Part shown: piece after piece, positions 19,076-28,424 of the stretch
How the letters are laid out: every line of letters starts with the position of its first letter
Position numbering within the stretch: position 1 is the first letter of the stretch
Assembly: GCA_903955385.1 (NCBI GenBank)
Contig: CAJBNH010000118.1
Coordinates: forward strand, 36,045 to 100,044
Reading direction: 5' to 3'
DNA from: an uncultured Myxococcales bacterium
Lineage (GTDB): Bacteria > Myxococcota_A > UBA9042
Length of the DNA: 64,000 nt
The notes under the pieces: model-generated
Told to the model about the DNA's origin: nothing
Database searches by the model: none
The model's input: only the letters and a program-made list of their open reading frames with translations
Made by a program: the position numbers and the translations under genes

Positions 19076-20722
19076 CTACTGACGCCACAGGGCCACCAGC
19101 TCGTCGGGGTCCGGGTCGGGAAGGAACGCAGCCCCTGCCCGACGACAGCCATCCTCCAGCTCGTCCAACAGCTGGCGGCGCGCGGCGGCATCGGCCTGCA
19201 GCAGCCCCCGTGCCGTATCGGCATCGTTGGCGTCCGGCACCAGATCCAGCACGTCCCGCTCTTCGACCTCGCGCACGGCAACGGCCAACACCCGATTGCC
19301 CGCGGCCCTGGCCCGCGCAAACGCCAGCCACAACGGCCCGCAGCCCCCTGACAAGCGCCTGAAATCCGAGATGATCACGATAGCGAACGGTCCCTTGCGC
19401 GCGGCCATCGCGGCGGCCACCCCTTCCACCAGCCCCTCGACCCGGTGCGGGGGGGACAGCGCGGTGCGATAGGGCAGCGTCAGGTCCATGGCACGGCAAA
19501 ACCTACGCAATATCGCGAGATCTGGTCGCGCGCTGGGTTCTGGTCCCCGCAGCATCGGCAGTCGCTCGCGCTCAGGCAATCGGGCCAGCGCCGCCATCAC
19601 CAGACGCTGACGGAAGTGCTCGCGAACGTGCGGATCTTCGCCGTCGGCCGGCAGCGGTACGCGCTCGACTGCCGTCAAGTACCCCGCCACCACACGGGTC
19701 AGCTCGTCCTCTTCCAGCGGCGTCAGGTCATCGGCGACCGCACGACGGATGTCCAACAGCGCCCGATCGGCATCGCGTATGGCCGCAACGCCCTCCAGCA
19801 CCGGCCGCTGGTCCACCACGCGCCCATCGACCAACGCCAGACCAAACGGGTCGTGCCCCCGCGCGCTGGCTTCTGCAAGCGAGTGCACGAGGTCCATCGC
19901 CTGATCCAGCGGCCCTCGCCCCGGTCGGCCATCGCGCATGGTCGAGCCTGTGTCCAGCACCACGTACAGCGACCGCGTGCGTTCGCGCTCGAAGCTGCGG
20001 CTCATCAGCCGACCGCGCCGCGCGGACGCTTTCCAGGCGATGTGCTTGAAGGGGTCGCCCGGCACGTGTTCCCGCAGCTCGCGTAGGTCGTCGCCCGGCC
20101 CCTGCACCTTGTCCGGTCGCTGCGCCCCCGCCGACCGCGGCGCCATCCGCCGCGTCTCTGCCACCCGCCGCAGGTCGATCGGCAACGACCGGGGCAGCAC
20201 CGCGATTTCGCAAGGACTGGGCAGAAAGACCGGCACAGACACCAAGCCCGCCGGATCGGTCAACCGCCCGTGAACGCCCAGGATCCGGTGCACCGCTGCG
20301 TTCAGCGCCAGCGCTTGCAGGTCCAGCTCGACCCCTCCCGAAGGCAACAGGACGCTGCGCGGCACCGACTCGGTCAGGTCGATCCCCGGACTGGTCCACC
20401 ACTCCAGCAAGTCCAGGCGGCTGGAGGCAAATCCGTCCGGCACGTCGAGCCGAAACCGCAGCGGCACCCACTTGCCGGCACGGTGCGAGGCCAGCCGCGT
20501 CTCACCCGACGGCGTCCGCGCGTCGTGCACCGTCATGCGCGCCGTGACCCCGAGCGGCGGTCGACGTGGGCGGGTCGCCGCGCGAATCCTCAGCAGTTCT
20601 CCGGTCAAGCCAAGGATCAACACCACGCCGGCCAGCACCGCTCCGGCAAGCGACAGGAGCACGCCCGCCGCCACCAGACCGACCGCAATCGCCAGCAGGA
20701 TCCGTCCCCGGAATTCCAACAT
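19076..20722 (-). CDS. DUF58-domain protein (vWA-like fold, MoxR partner), with N-terminal TM helices
   Basis: DUF58 signature DDLRELREHVPGDPFKHIAWKASARRGRLMSRSFERE. Start trimmed to MLEFRG (ATG 20720-20722), directly after the MoxR stop. Confidence 0.8.
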   Translation of the reverse strand: MLEFRGRILLAIAVGLVAAGVLLSLAGAVLAGVVLILGLTGELLRIRAATRPRRPPLGVTARMTVHDARTPSGETRLASHRAGKWVPLRFRLDVPDGFASSRLDLLEWWTSPGIDLTESVPRSVLLPSGGVELDLQALALNAAVHRILGVHGRLTDPAGLVSVPVFLPSPCEIAVLPRSLPIDLRRVAETRRMAPRSAGAQRPDKVQGPGDDLRELREHVPGDPFKHIAWKASARRGRLMSRSFERERTRSLYVVLDTGSTMRDGRPGRGPLDQAMDLVHSLAEASARGHDPFGLALVDGRVVDQRPVLEGVAAIRDADRALLDIRRAVADDLTPLEEDELTRVVAGYLTAVERVPLPADGEDPHVREHFRQRLVMAALARLPERERLPMLRGPEPSARPDLAILRRFCRAMDLTLPYRTALSPPHRVEGLVEGVAAAMAARKGPFAIVIISDFRRLSGGCGPLWLAFARARAAGNRVLAVAVREVEERDVLDLVPDANDADTARGLLQADAAARRQLLDELEDGCRRAGAAFLPDPDPDELVALWRQ

Positions 20723-20723
20723 G

Positions 20724-21770
20724 TTACGTGGCGTCTCCCGGGCGCGGGTCCAGCACAAGATCCGGCTTGGGAACCGCCACACCCGGCGTCCCCTCCTGCA
20801 GCTTGGTCTTCGCCAGAACGTCCCGCACCACCGCAGCGGCCGAGATCCCCTCGATGGCGGCATCCGTGGTCACCATCACGCGGTGCTCCAAGACTGGCGT
20901 GGCCAGCCGCCGCAGGTCATCGGGCGACACATAGTCCCGCCCCGCCAGCAGCGCCCACGCCTTCGCCAGCCGCATCAAGCCCAAAGTGGCCCGCGGCGAG
21001 GCGCCCAAAGCGACGCGCCCGTGCGCACGCGTGGCTTGCACCAAGCGCACGGCGTACTGCATCAGCTTCTCCTCGACGTGCACCGCATCCGCTGCCGCCG
21101 AGAAGCCCAGAATGTCGTCCGCCCCGGCAACCGACCGCACGCCCGGCACCGGCTGGTCGTAGGTCTGCAGCATCCGCAGCTCGTAGGCAGCGCTGGGATA
21201 GTCCAAGCGAATCCGCACCAGAAAGCGGTCGATCTGCGCCTCGGGCAACAGGTACACCCCCTCCTGCTCTACTGGGTTCTGCGTCGCCAGCACCAGAAAC
21301 GGCTCAGGCAAGGGCAGCGTCTCGCCTTCGATCGTCACCTGCCGCTCTTGCATCGCCTCCAGCAAGGCCGACTGGGTCTTCGCCGGAGCGCGGTTGATCT
21401 CGTCCGCCAACACGACTTGCGCGAACAGCGGTCCGCGGCGCAGCTCGAATTCGTGAAGCTTCTGGTTGAAGACGTAGGTTCCCGTGATGTCGGCAGGCAG
21501 CAGGTCGGGCGTGAACTGCACCCGGCGGAACTGGCAGCCGACCGCCTGCGCCATCGCCTTGGCCAGCGTGGTCTTGGCCAGACCCGGCACACCCTCCAGC
21601 AATACGTGACCGCGGGCGAGCATGGCGGCCAGCACCAGCAGCACCACCTCGTCAGGTCCGATGTACACGCGCGCCACTTCAGCGGTGACGCGGTCACGAA
21701 ACGCCACCACGGTGGCCAACCGATGGTGGTCAAGGGCGACGGGCGTCACGGGTTGGTCTGGCGTCATCAT
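20724..21770 (-). CDS. MoxR-family AAA+ ATPase
   Basis: Walker A GVPGLAKTT, Walker B VVLADEINRAPAKTQSALLEAMQE, sensor FLVLATQNP. The start ATGATGA overlaps the upstream gene's stop. Confidence 0.9.
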   Translation of the reverse strand: MMTPDQPVTPVALDHHRLATVVAFRDRVTAEVARVYIGPDEVVLLVLAAMLARGHVLLEGVPGLAKTTLAKAMAQAVGCQFRRVQFTPDLLPADITGTYVFNQKLHEFELRRGPLFAQVVLADEINRAPAKTQSALLEAMQERQVTIEGETLPLPEPFLVLATQNPVEQEGVYLLPEAQIDRFLVRIRLDYPSAAYELRMLQTYDQPVPGVRSVAGADDILGFSAAADAVHVEEKLMQYAVRLVQATRAHGRVALGASPRATLGLMRLAKAWALLAGRDYVSPDDLRRLATPVLEHRVMVTTDAAIEGISAAAVVRDVLAKTKLQEGTPGVAVPKPDLVLDPRPGDAT

Positions 21771-23230
21771 GTGTTCTCCTCGTTGCGGACCACGGCTGGG
21801 TCGCGGGTGTAGCCGATCAGCGACTCGGCCCACTCGACCTCTGCGGACAATCTGGTGAATTCAGAGCGGTTCAAGGGATCGGCGTCGTCGCGGCTGACCA
21901 ACTCCAGCTCGCGGAACACCTTGCGCAGGCGTTCCGCAGCCTGCGCAGAGCATCGGCCACGGTGAACCAACCTGTCGATGGTCTGGCTCCGTCCGACAAG
22001 GCCAAATCCGGTGTCAGAGAGGACCGCCCCCATGCGAGCGCCGCGACCGGACGGGGCACGGGCCGACGGGACGGCTTCGCCTTGTCTATCGGATGGTTCC
22101 AGCCGCTCTGCCGCTTCCAACTGCCGCCCCAAGTGCGCGGTTAGCAGGCGGGCGGGCCGGCGATAGTCCGCGTGGTCGTGCGAGAGCCAGGCTCCGATGG
22201 CCGTCAGGCGCGCGCTCTCGCGGCGAATGCCGGCCGTCCGCGGCGGGACCTCCGGCTGGGGCGACCGTGCCAGACGCCACGGCGGCCAAGCCAGCAAAAA
22301 CAGCAGGGTAGCCAGCAGAGCAGGCGCGACCCAAGGCCCCCGCAGCGCGGCGGCCAACCACTCCAGCGCGCGTTGCAGAACCTCAAGACCCGATCGCAGG
22401 TCGGTATTTCGGTCGATGGGCAGCCCCTGAAAACGGCCGCGCACCTCGTCAATCCGCACCGCCAGCTTCACCCTGCACGGACGCGAGGCCACGCATGAGT
22501 AACGCAGCACATTGGCTGCGAACTGCTTGTTCTCGTGGAATTTCGAGAGCATGGAAGTGATGAACAGACTAGGGTCGGCGATTGCAAGCACCCGGCCCGC
22601 GCCCCGGTCGGCTTCCGCAAGCCAACCCAGTCCTGGCTCGTCGTACCGGCCCCACAGCACCGCCAGACGGTCGCCGGGCAACGCAGCCGTCACGCGCAAC
22701 GCGGCAGGATGATTCAGGACAACAGAATCGATCACGTCGTGATTCAGGAACTCCGCCGGCGTCAGCCGCGCCTTGGTCGCCATCCAGCGTCGGGCCGCAG
22801 CCAGGGTCTCAGGGTCAGGATTGACCCGAACCTGCGGCAAATGCTCGAGGTCCATGTAGCTTGTCTGCTGCCGACCTGCGCGGTCCAACAGCTCGATGCC
22901 GAACGGGCGCAGCCACGCGTCACCCGCACCGAAGTCGTCCGCCACCATCAGGCGGCCCCCCGAGTCGACAAACCGCTCCAGACTCCGCAGCGCCTCTCCC
23001 TGGGGAGCCGTTTGCGGCGCCAGCAGGAACAGCACGTCCTCTGTCGCGATCTTCGACCAGTCCAGAACCGGCAGCACCTCGACCTCGACCTTGGCCAGGC
23101 CGGCCGTCTCGAGCAGACCCGCCAGACCGTTCCAGTCCGGGGAAGTGGGGTCGAAATCCTCTGCCGCAAGGGCGGCCGTCGCCACAAGCACCCCCAGAAA
23201 CGGCCATAGCCTCCAAGCGGTGCGCCTCAT
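21767..23230 (-). CDS. Signal-peptide protein of the MoxR/DUF58 cluster, DUF4350-like (with TM segment)
   Basis: Signal peptide MRRTAWRLWPFLGVLVATAALAAE. Position is conserved in MoxR-DUF58 operons. The domain call is by context and weak pattern only. Confidence 0.5.
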   Translation of the reverse strand: MRRTAWRLWPFLGVLVATAALAAEDFDPTSPDWNGLAGLLETAGLAKVEVEVLPVLDWSKIATEDVLFLLAPQTAPQGEALRSLERFVDSGGRLMVADDFGAGDAWLRPFGIELLDRAGRQQTSYMDLEHLPQVRVNPDPETLAAARRWMATKARLTPAEFLNHDVIDSVVLNHPAALRVTAALPGDRLAVLWGRYDEPGLGWLAEADRGAGRVLAIADPSLFITSMLSKFHENKQFAANVLRYSCVASRPCRVKLAVRIDEVRGRFQGLPIDRNTDLRSGLEVLQRALEWLAAALRGPWVAPALLATLLFLLAWPPWRLARSPQPEVPPRTAGIRRESARLTAIGAWLSHDHADYRRPARLLTAHLGRQLEAAERLEPSDRQGEAVPSARAPSGRGARMGAVLSDTGFGLVGRSQTIDRLVHRGRCSAQAAERLRKVFRELELVSRDDADPLNRSEFTRLSAEVEWAESLIGYTRDPAVVRNEENT

Positions 23231-24978
23231 CGCTGCACCTCGTCGACCTTCGAGATCGCCTGCTGGGTCTCTTTGGCGGTGTCAGGGTCCGTGTGTGAGC
23301 CGTACAGCGCCCGCTCGACCTTGCGCACCGCGTCCCTCACCTCGCCGTGACCGCGTCGTACCCCCGCCGCCCACCGGGGTTCGACGTCGCGCGGGGTCTC
23401 TGTGCGCCAGTCCACGCCGACGCCGGTGACCCTGCGCAGCACGCCGGCAAAGCTGCCCCGTACCACCGCTCGACAGCTGGAAGGCAACAGCTCGCACCCG
23501 TCGAACACGCCGTCGTGGGGCAGAACCAACGCAAGCTCCAGCGGCTCGTGCTCGACGCAGAGGACCATCAACCGATGTCGGCCGGGGGTCAGCCCTGGAA
23601 GATCGAACATCCCGGAAGGACAGGGGATGTCGACGGGCGTCGGCGCCCCTTCCAGCAGCAGGCGCAGCTCTCCGGCTACCGGGCGGCCAGTCTCACCGTG
23701 CACGATCCGACCGCGGACGACGCACGAGGGCTGCCCTCCGGGTCCTACCCGCCGCACCGCCTCGTCCGGCAGTCCCGCAAACTTCGCCTCGTCTTGGGCC
23801 AAAAGCGCCCGTTCCCGACGCCGGGAGTTCCACCGCAGCAGCACCGCCGCCAACGCAAGGCCGATCAGCGGCCCGCCGTACCACCAGCCCGACAGCCCGG
23901 GCGGCGGCGGCACGTCGATGACGGCAATCGCACTCAGCCCGGTTTCGTGAAAGGGAGCAGGCACATAGGCCCGCGCGACCACACCGACCGCGCCGGGAGG
24001 AAACAGCGTCGTCAAGACCGTGCCGCGAAGCACGCCTGCAAATCGGCCCTCCGCGTCGGTCACCAGCAGGCCCAGCTGATACCCATCGGCGTGTAGTCCC
24101 ACCGTGGCCGACGGTACCGGGCGATGGGCCGTTCCCTCCAACGCAAGGACAGCGCCCGTCAAGCACCAGTCCCCCTCACCACACGCCCGGCCCTCGCGCC
24201 CAGGCGACAGGGACAGCTCGACCTCGACCGCGGTCACAAGTTCCAGACGACGCCCCGCTTCCGCGCCGTTATGGGCGTCATCGGCCTCGATGCGAGCGGT
24301 CAGGCGATGCAGCCCCGACCCGCCCAAAGTCGCCACGGACAGTTGTGCCGTCGCCCGTCCGTCCGCGGCCGTTCGCACCACCAGCAACGGCCGGCCGTCC
24401 ACGGCGAGCTGCACCGCCCCACCGGCGATGGGCCAATCGCCCGCCCGCGCTTCAACGTCCAAGGCGAGCGTGACTTGCGAAGAACGAAGCCGCTCCGACT
24501 CCATCGCCAGCACGAGGGTCGCGTCCGGCTTGGCCAGGTCCGCCGACTGCGTGGCCACAGACTCACCGTGCTCCGGCCCTCCCGCAAATCGCCCTTCGAT
24601 CTGCCAAGTTCCCTCAGTGGCGCCCAGGACACTGCGTGGAAACAGCACCTCGAATCGGCCGGCCGCATTCGTCGAGGCCAGCCGCTCCTGGCTGTCCAGG
24701 CGCGCACCACCCTCCCCCTCCCGTCTGGCGCGAACGACGATACCTGCAGCAGCCACTGGCTTGCCCCGCGAGTCCTCCAGCTGCCCCGTGACGGTCAGTC
24801 CGGCACCGCCAGCTTCGGTTTGCAGCGTCAGCGCCGTGCGGGCCCGGAGTCGCACCCGTAGCGCTTCTGCGGACCCTGGCCATACGGTCGCCGCGCACGA
24901 GAGTGCCACGACCGTCGCGAACCAGACGGCGCGACGGTGGCATGAGCGGCGGGAGCGGGGGCACGGAGGGGACGACAT
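23227..24978 (-). CDS. Membrane protein with repeated carboxypeptidase-regulatory-like (Big/prealbumin-like) beta domains on both sides of a TM helix; first gene of the MoxR cluster
   Basis: Signal peptide. Repeated GRFEV/GRFAGV-type beta-sandwich motifs. TM helix GPLIGLALAAVLL. Overlaps the next gene by 4 nt. Confidence 0.5.
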   Translation of the reverse strand: MSSPPCPRSRRSCHRRAVWFATVVALSCAATVWPGSAEALRVRLRARTALTLQTEAGGAGLTVTGQLEDSRGKPVAAAGIVVRARREGEGGARLDSQERLASTNAAGRFEVLFPRSVLGATEGTWQIEGRFAGGPEHGESVATQSADLAKPDATLVLAMESERLRSSQVTLALDVEARAGDWPIAGGAVQLAVDGRPLLVVRTAADGRATAQLSVATLGGSGLHRLTARIEADDAHNGAEAGRRLELVTAVEVELSLSPGREGRACGEGDWCLTGAVLALEGTAHRPVPSATVGLHADGYQLGLLVTDAEGRFAGVLRGTVLTTLFPPGAVGVVARAYVPAPFHETGLSAIAVIDVPPPPGLSGWWYGGPLIGLALAAVLLRWNSRRRERALLAQDEAKFAGLPDEAVRRVGPGGQPSCVVRGRIVHGETGRPVAGELRLLLEGAPTPVDIPCPSGMFDLPGLTPGRHRLMVLCVEHEPLELALVLPHDGVFDGCELLPSSCRAVVRGSFAGVLRRVTGVGVDWRTETPRDVEPRWAAGVRRGHGEVRDAVRKVERALYGSHTDPDTAKETQQAISKVDEVQR

Positions 24979-25366
24979 GGACCTTCGAGGGAAAGGGCGG
25001 TGTTCTCAGCGCCATGGACGGCAGGTCAGGCGCCAGCATGCACGCTGGTCCGCGGGTTCGCCAGAGCAGCCCCGGGTCAGTGCATCCACCCCGCCGCCGG
25101 AATACGCCCCAACCCCGCTGAATTGCAGAGAACTTCGGGATTGCGCTGCTGCATCCTCCATGCTAGCATCGTCGCCAAGTGCTGTGGGGGTGAGTCCTCC
25201 TCATGCCACCACAGGTGAACTACCGGGTTCTTGATCAGCGCTGAGCCCCTCTTCTCCGACCCTCGCCACGCCCGACCCCCAATGGTCATGGCGCCGATTG
25301 CGAAGGGTCATCTTCGTACTGCCGCCTGCCCCGCGTGGGTCGGTTCGCCCGAGTCGGAGGTCCCGC

Positions 25367-26461
25367 ATGCCCACTCGCTCGCACGTCCTCGGTTTCCTGT
25401 GGTTGCCCGCGCTTGCGTTGCTTGCGTCGGCAGGCTGCACGGAGATCGCCGATATCACGACGGCCACTCCGGAAGAGGCGACCAAGCTCGCGAACATCCG
25501 CGCAGACCTCGAGCAGGACAAGGCCCTCGTCGACTACCAGAGGGACCGCAAGAAAGAAGCAGAGAACCGCGGCGAGAATCCCGACCAGTACGACAATGCG
25601 GAGCTGCTGCGAGTTGAGCAGCGGTTTGCCGATCGCTGGGCGAAGATCCGCGAGGTCAAGTTCCGCGAGAAGCGGGATGCCTTCCTGGCTCTGTCGACCG
25701 ATGTGGTGCGCCACTGCACCGATCGCGCCAACGAAACCGTGACGCAGAACAAGGCCTTGGCGGACGAAAATCGTTCGATCCTCGACCGGCGTGCCCACGG
25801 CGAGAAGACGGACGCGCTGAAGCCGCTGGAGGACCCGGCCGACATCGTCGACAAGTGCCTGCACGACACCAAGCCTGAGGCCCGCATCGACTGGGGCATC
25901 GTCGGACTGTTCCTTGCGCTGGGTCTGGTGCTCGCGGGCGCCGGCGTCGGCTTGTTCCGTTCGGCACGTCGGCACATCGACCCGGTGGCACTGGCAGGCC
26001 AGTCGCTCAGCCTTTCTACCCAGCAGGGTCCGGCAACGACAGTGCTGACAGGCGAGTACGAGGGCTTCGTCATCAAGGTGGAGGCCAGCGCGCCCGGTAC
26101 CGGTCAGGGCGACGGCTTCATGCGCGCTCTGGTGCTGTCACGCGTGCACGCTCACACCGTCGTTCGCTTCGGCCCGCTCGCGCCGCCGCCCGGCCTCGAT
26201 CTGCCGGATCTGGACGCTCCGGAGATTCAGGACGACCGGATCCCCGAAGGCTACAAGATGCGCCTGACGCCCGGTACCTCACCCGAGCCCCTGCTCTCCG
26301 GCGACGTCGGCTTCCAGCTTCGCGCGTTCGACCCGATCGATGTTCGCGTGCACGACGGCATCGCCGCCCTGACGACTTGGCAGGTGGCGCAAGGGACAGA
26401 GAAGGTCGTCGAGTTCATCGACTTGGCGCTCGCCGTTGCGAAGCTTTACCCGCTCGATTGA
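25367..26461 (+). CDS. Hypothetical lipoprotein/membrane protein
   Basis: ATG at 25367 after GGAGG. Lipobox LLASAGC. Charged coiled region, then a TM helix (IVGLFLALGLVLAGAGVGLF). Confidence 0.5.
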   Translation: MPTRSHVLGFLWLPALALLASAGCTEIADITTATPEEATKLANIRADLEQDKALVDYQRDRKKEAENRGENPDQYDNAELLRVEQRFADRWAKIREVKFREKRDAFLALSTDVVRHCTDRANETVTQNKALADENRSILDRRAHGEKTDALKPLEDPADIVDKCLHDTKPEARIDWGIVGLFLALGLVLAGAGVGLFRSARRHIDPVALAGQSLSLSTQQGPATTVLTGEYEGFVIKVEASAPGTGQGDGFMRALVLSRVHAHTVVRFGPLAPPPGLDLPDLDAPEIQDDRIPEGYKMRLTPGTSPEPLLSGDVGFQLRAFDPIDVRVHDGIAALTTWQVAQGTEKVVEFIDLALAVAKLYPLD

Positions 26462-26511
26462 CGGCCCGGTCGCCGCAGCTCCCTTGCATCGCATCGACAG
26501 GTGAGCCGCCA

Positions 26512-27411
26512 GTGCCAGACCGCCTCCTGCCCCGCCTCTATCCCTTTCGCACGCTACTTGTCAGCGTCGTGTTGGCGACCTGCGCCCTTGCGTTGGGGAC
26601 GTTGTCAGGACTCGCGGCGCAGGTCGTCGTCGTCTTCGGACTCTACGATGTGTTGGCAGCGCTTGCGCTCTCGTTTGTTGCGGTCGTGCTGGCGCATCTG
26701 ACTCGCGTGCGTCCCTCGCTGGGTCTGACGGCGGCCGCGGTGGTGGCGGCTGTGTTGTGGCTGGGCGCCTATCGGGTGGCGGACGCGTACTTGTTCCGAC
26801 TGGAGCAAGCGACCCACGTTGCCGAACATAGTGAGGACCTCGCTGCCGATTTTGCAGCGTCGGGTACCGACACGCCCCTGCAGCTTGTCGATGCCGGTCT
26901 GGTGGCCCAGGTCGGTGTGGGTGGCTGGCGCGGTGCGTTCCAGGTGCAGCTGAATGCCGGCCTGCTGGCGTGGCGGGCCGCGGGGGTGTCGCGCGTCGCT
27001 CCGATGCCGCTCTGGCTGCACGTGCTGATCGCTGCGGCCGAGGCGGCTTTCGTGGCGCTTGTGGTCCACCGGGCGCTAGGCAACCTGACGGTCGAGCCGA
27101 CCTGCGCTCGCTGCGGCAGCTACTTGAATCGCAAGGAATTGGGCCGGGTGGACGAGGCCGAAGCCGATCGCCTGCGCGCTGCCTGGGTGACGGGCAACCG
27201 CGTCGTACCCGCGCCGACGAAGGGTTCTCCTGGGTCCATCGCGGTTTACGAGGATCGCTGCCCGATAGGCCACACGATCAAGGCGGGCTACGCGCTGGTC
27301 CGGCTGCGCGGGCACGGGCGGTCCGCGGCCGCCCCAGGGCCCCTCGCTTCACTGCCGGCAGAACTGCATGACGTCGACGGACCGACGGCATCGCAAGCCA
27401 CGGACGCCTAG
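26512..27411 (+). CDS. Hypothetical polytopic membrane protein with C-terminal CxxC...CPxGH zinc-ribbon-like motif
   Basis: GTG at 26512 after AGGTGA. Multiple hydrophobic helices. C-terminus CARCGSYLN...CPIGH. Confidence 0.4.
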   Translation: MPDRLLPRLYPFRTLLVSVVLATCALALGTLSGLAAQVVVVFGLYDVLAALALSFVAVVLAHLTRVRPSLGLTAAAVVAAVLWLGAYRVADAYLFRLEQATHVAEHSEDLAADFAASGTDTPLQLVDAGLVAQVGVGGWRGAFQVQLNAGLLAWRAAGVSRVAPMPLWLHVLIAAAEAAFVALVVHRALGNLTVEPTCARCGSYLNRKELGRVDEAEADRLRAAWVTGNRVVPAPTKGSPGSIAVYEDRCPIGHTIKAGYALVRLRGHGRSAAAPGPLASLPAELHDVDGPTASQATDA

Positions 27412-28424
27412 CGCGTGCCGATGCCCTTGCCCGCTTCCTGCGCCGCCAGCTGCGCCTGACGCTTCTCGTCGAGGGAAGCCGGGGCGATCCACGGCAGTGG
27501 ACGCGGCGAAGGCTCAAAGCGGATCCGGTCGCCGAAGCCAAACGAAGCGCGACGGTGAGCGCCGTCCAGATACAGCATCCCCGTCGACATGCGCGACACA
27601 ATCTCGAGACCGTCTGACGTGAAGCCGCCCATCAGAGGCTCGCCTCGAACCGCCCACGCCATCAGCTCGCGCACGCGGTATTGCAGGGCACGCGAGTCGA
27701 TTTCCTGGACCTTGCCACCCGCGGCACGGATGCCGGCCGTCGACCCCGCCGCGGTGGCCACCCACAGACCGGACGATTTCTGGTCCTGGTGTACGCCGTC
27801 GAGAGAGAGGGTGTAGCGCGACGTCTCTGCGGGCACCCGATGTGCCAGAAGGACGTCGTTCAGGGCGAGGTCGCGCAACGGCTTGTCGTTCAAAGAGACT
27901 TGCAGCCGCCACAGCCCGCGACTGCGCAGCTGGCCCGCCAGAATCTGCTGGAACAGGGGCTCGAACTCCTCTGCCGAAGCGGCGCAGAAGAAGCCGACTG
28001 AGGTTCCAGACGCGCTGTTGACCCCAAACATGGGCGTCCCGTCGCTGTCCGGCGTGGCGGCAATGCAGTGGGACGCACGCAGGAACGTGCCGTCGCCGCC
28101 GACGGTCAGGACGAGGTCCGCCCAAGCAGCCCAGTTGCGGTTGAAGGTCGAGACCAACCGATGCTCGACACCGCTGCGGTTCAGCACGTCCAGCACGGTC
28201 GCGACGGAGCGCAAGTGCTGTTCGTGCGCCGACTTCGTCCGTGCCACCAGCGGGTCGTCGCTGTGCAGCATCCGCTCCAGCTTTCGGTCCGGGTGGTCGA
28301 CCAGCTGCTCGATGGCCGTTGTCTTGCGTACGACCACCACGCGACCAATGCGCACCACATCGCCCACGCGGTGGGGGCTTCCGTTGGTCCGCTGTCCGTG
28401 AGGGGGACCGCTGCGCTCCGTCAT
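27408..28424 (-). CDS. nadK: NAD(+) kinase (ATP-NAD kinase family)
   Basis: GGDGT motif (VLTVGGDGTFLRAS), NDV motif, and ATAAGSTAGIRAAGG matching NadK's TPTGSTAYS.AGGP. Start overlaps the upstream histidine kinase stop by 4 nt. Confidence 0.7.
   Translation of the reverse strand: MTERSGPPHGQRTNGSPHRVGDVVRIGRVVVVRKTTAIEQLVDHPDRKLERMLHSDDPLVARTKSAHEQHLRSVATVLDVLNRSGVEHRLVSTFNRNWAAWADLVLTVGGDGTFLRASHCIAATPDSDGTPMFGVNSASGTSVGFFCAASAEEFEPLFQQILAGQLRSRGLWRLQVSLNDKPLRDLALNDVLLAHRVPAETSRYTLSLDGVHQDQKSSGLWVATAAGSTAGIRAAGGKVQEIDSRALQYRVRELMAWAVRGEPLMGGFTSDGLEIVSRMSTGMLYLDGAHRRASFGFGDRIRFEPSPRPLPWIAPASLDEKRQAQLAAQEAGKGIGTR

Noticed and set aside
17981-24978. Complete BREX/CBASS-type defense island controlled by the BrxR-like WYL regulator
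   Set aside because: No methyltransferase, cyclase, nuclease or other recognizable effector genes are adjacent, only the MoxR-DUF58 module and metabolic genes. It is kept as a regulatory curiosity rather than a defense-system call.
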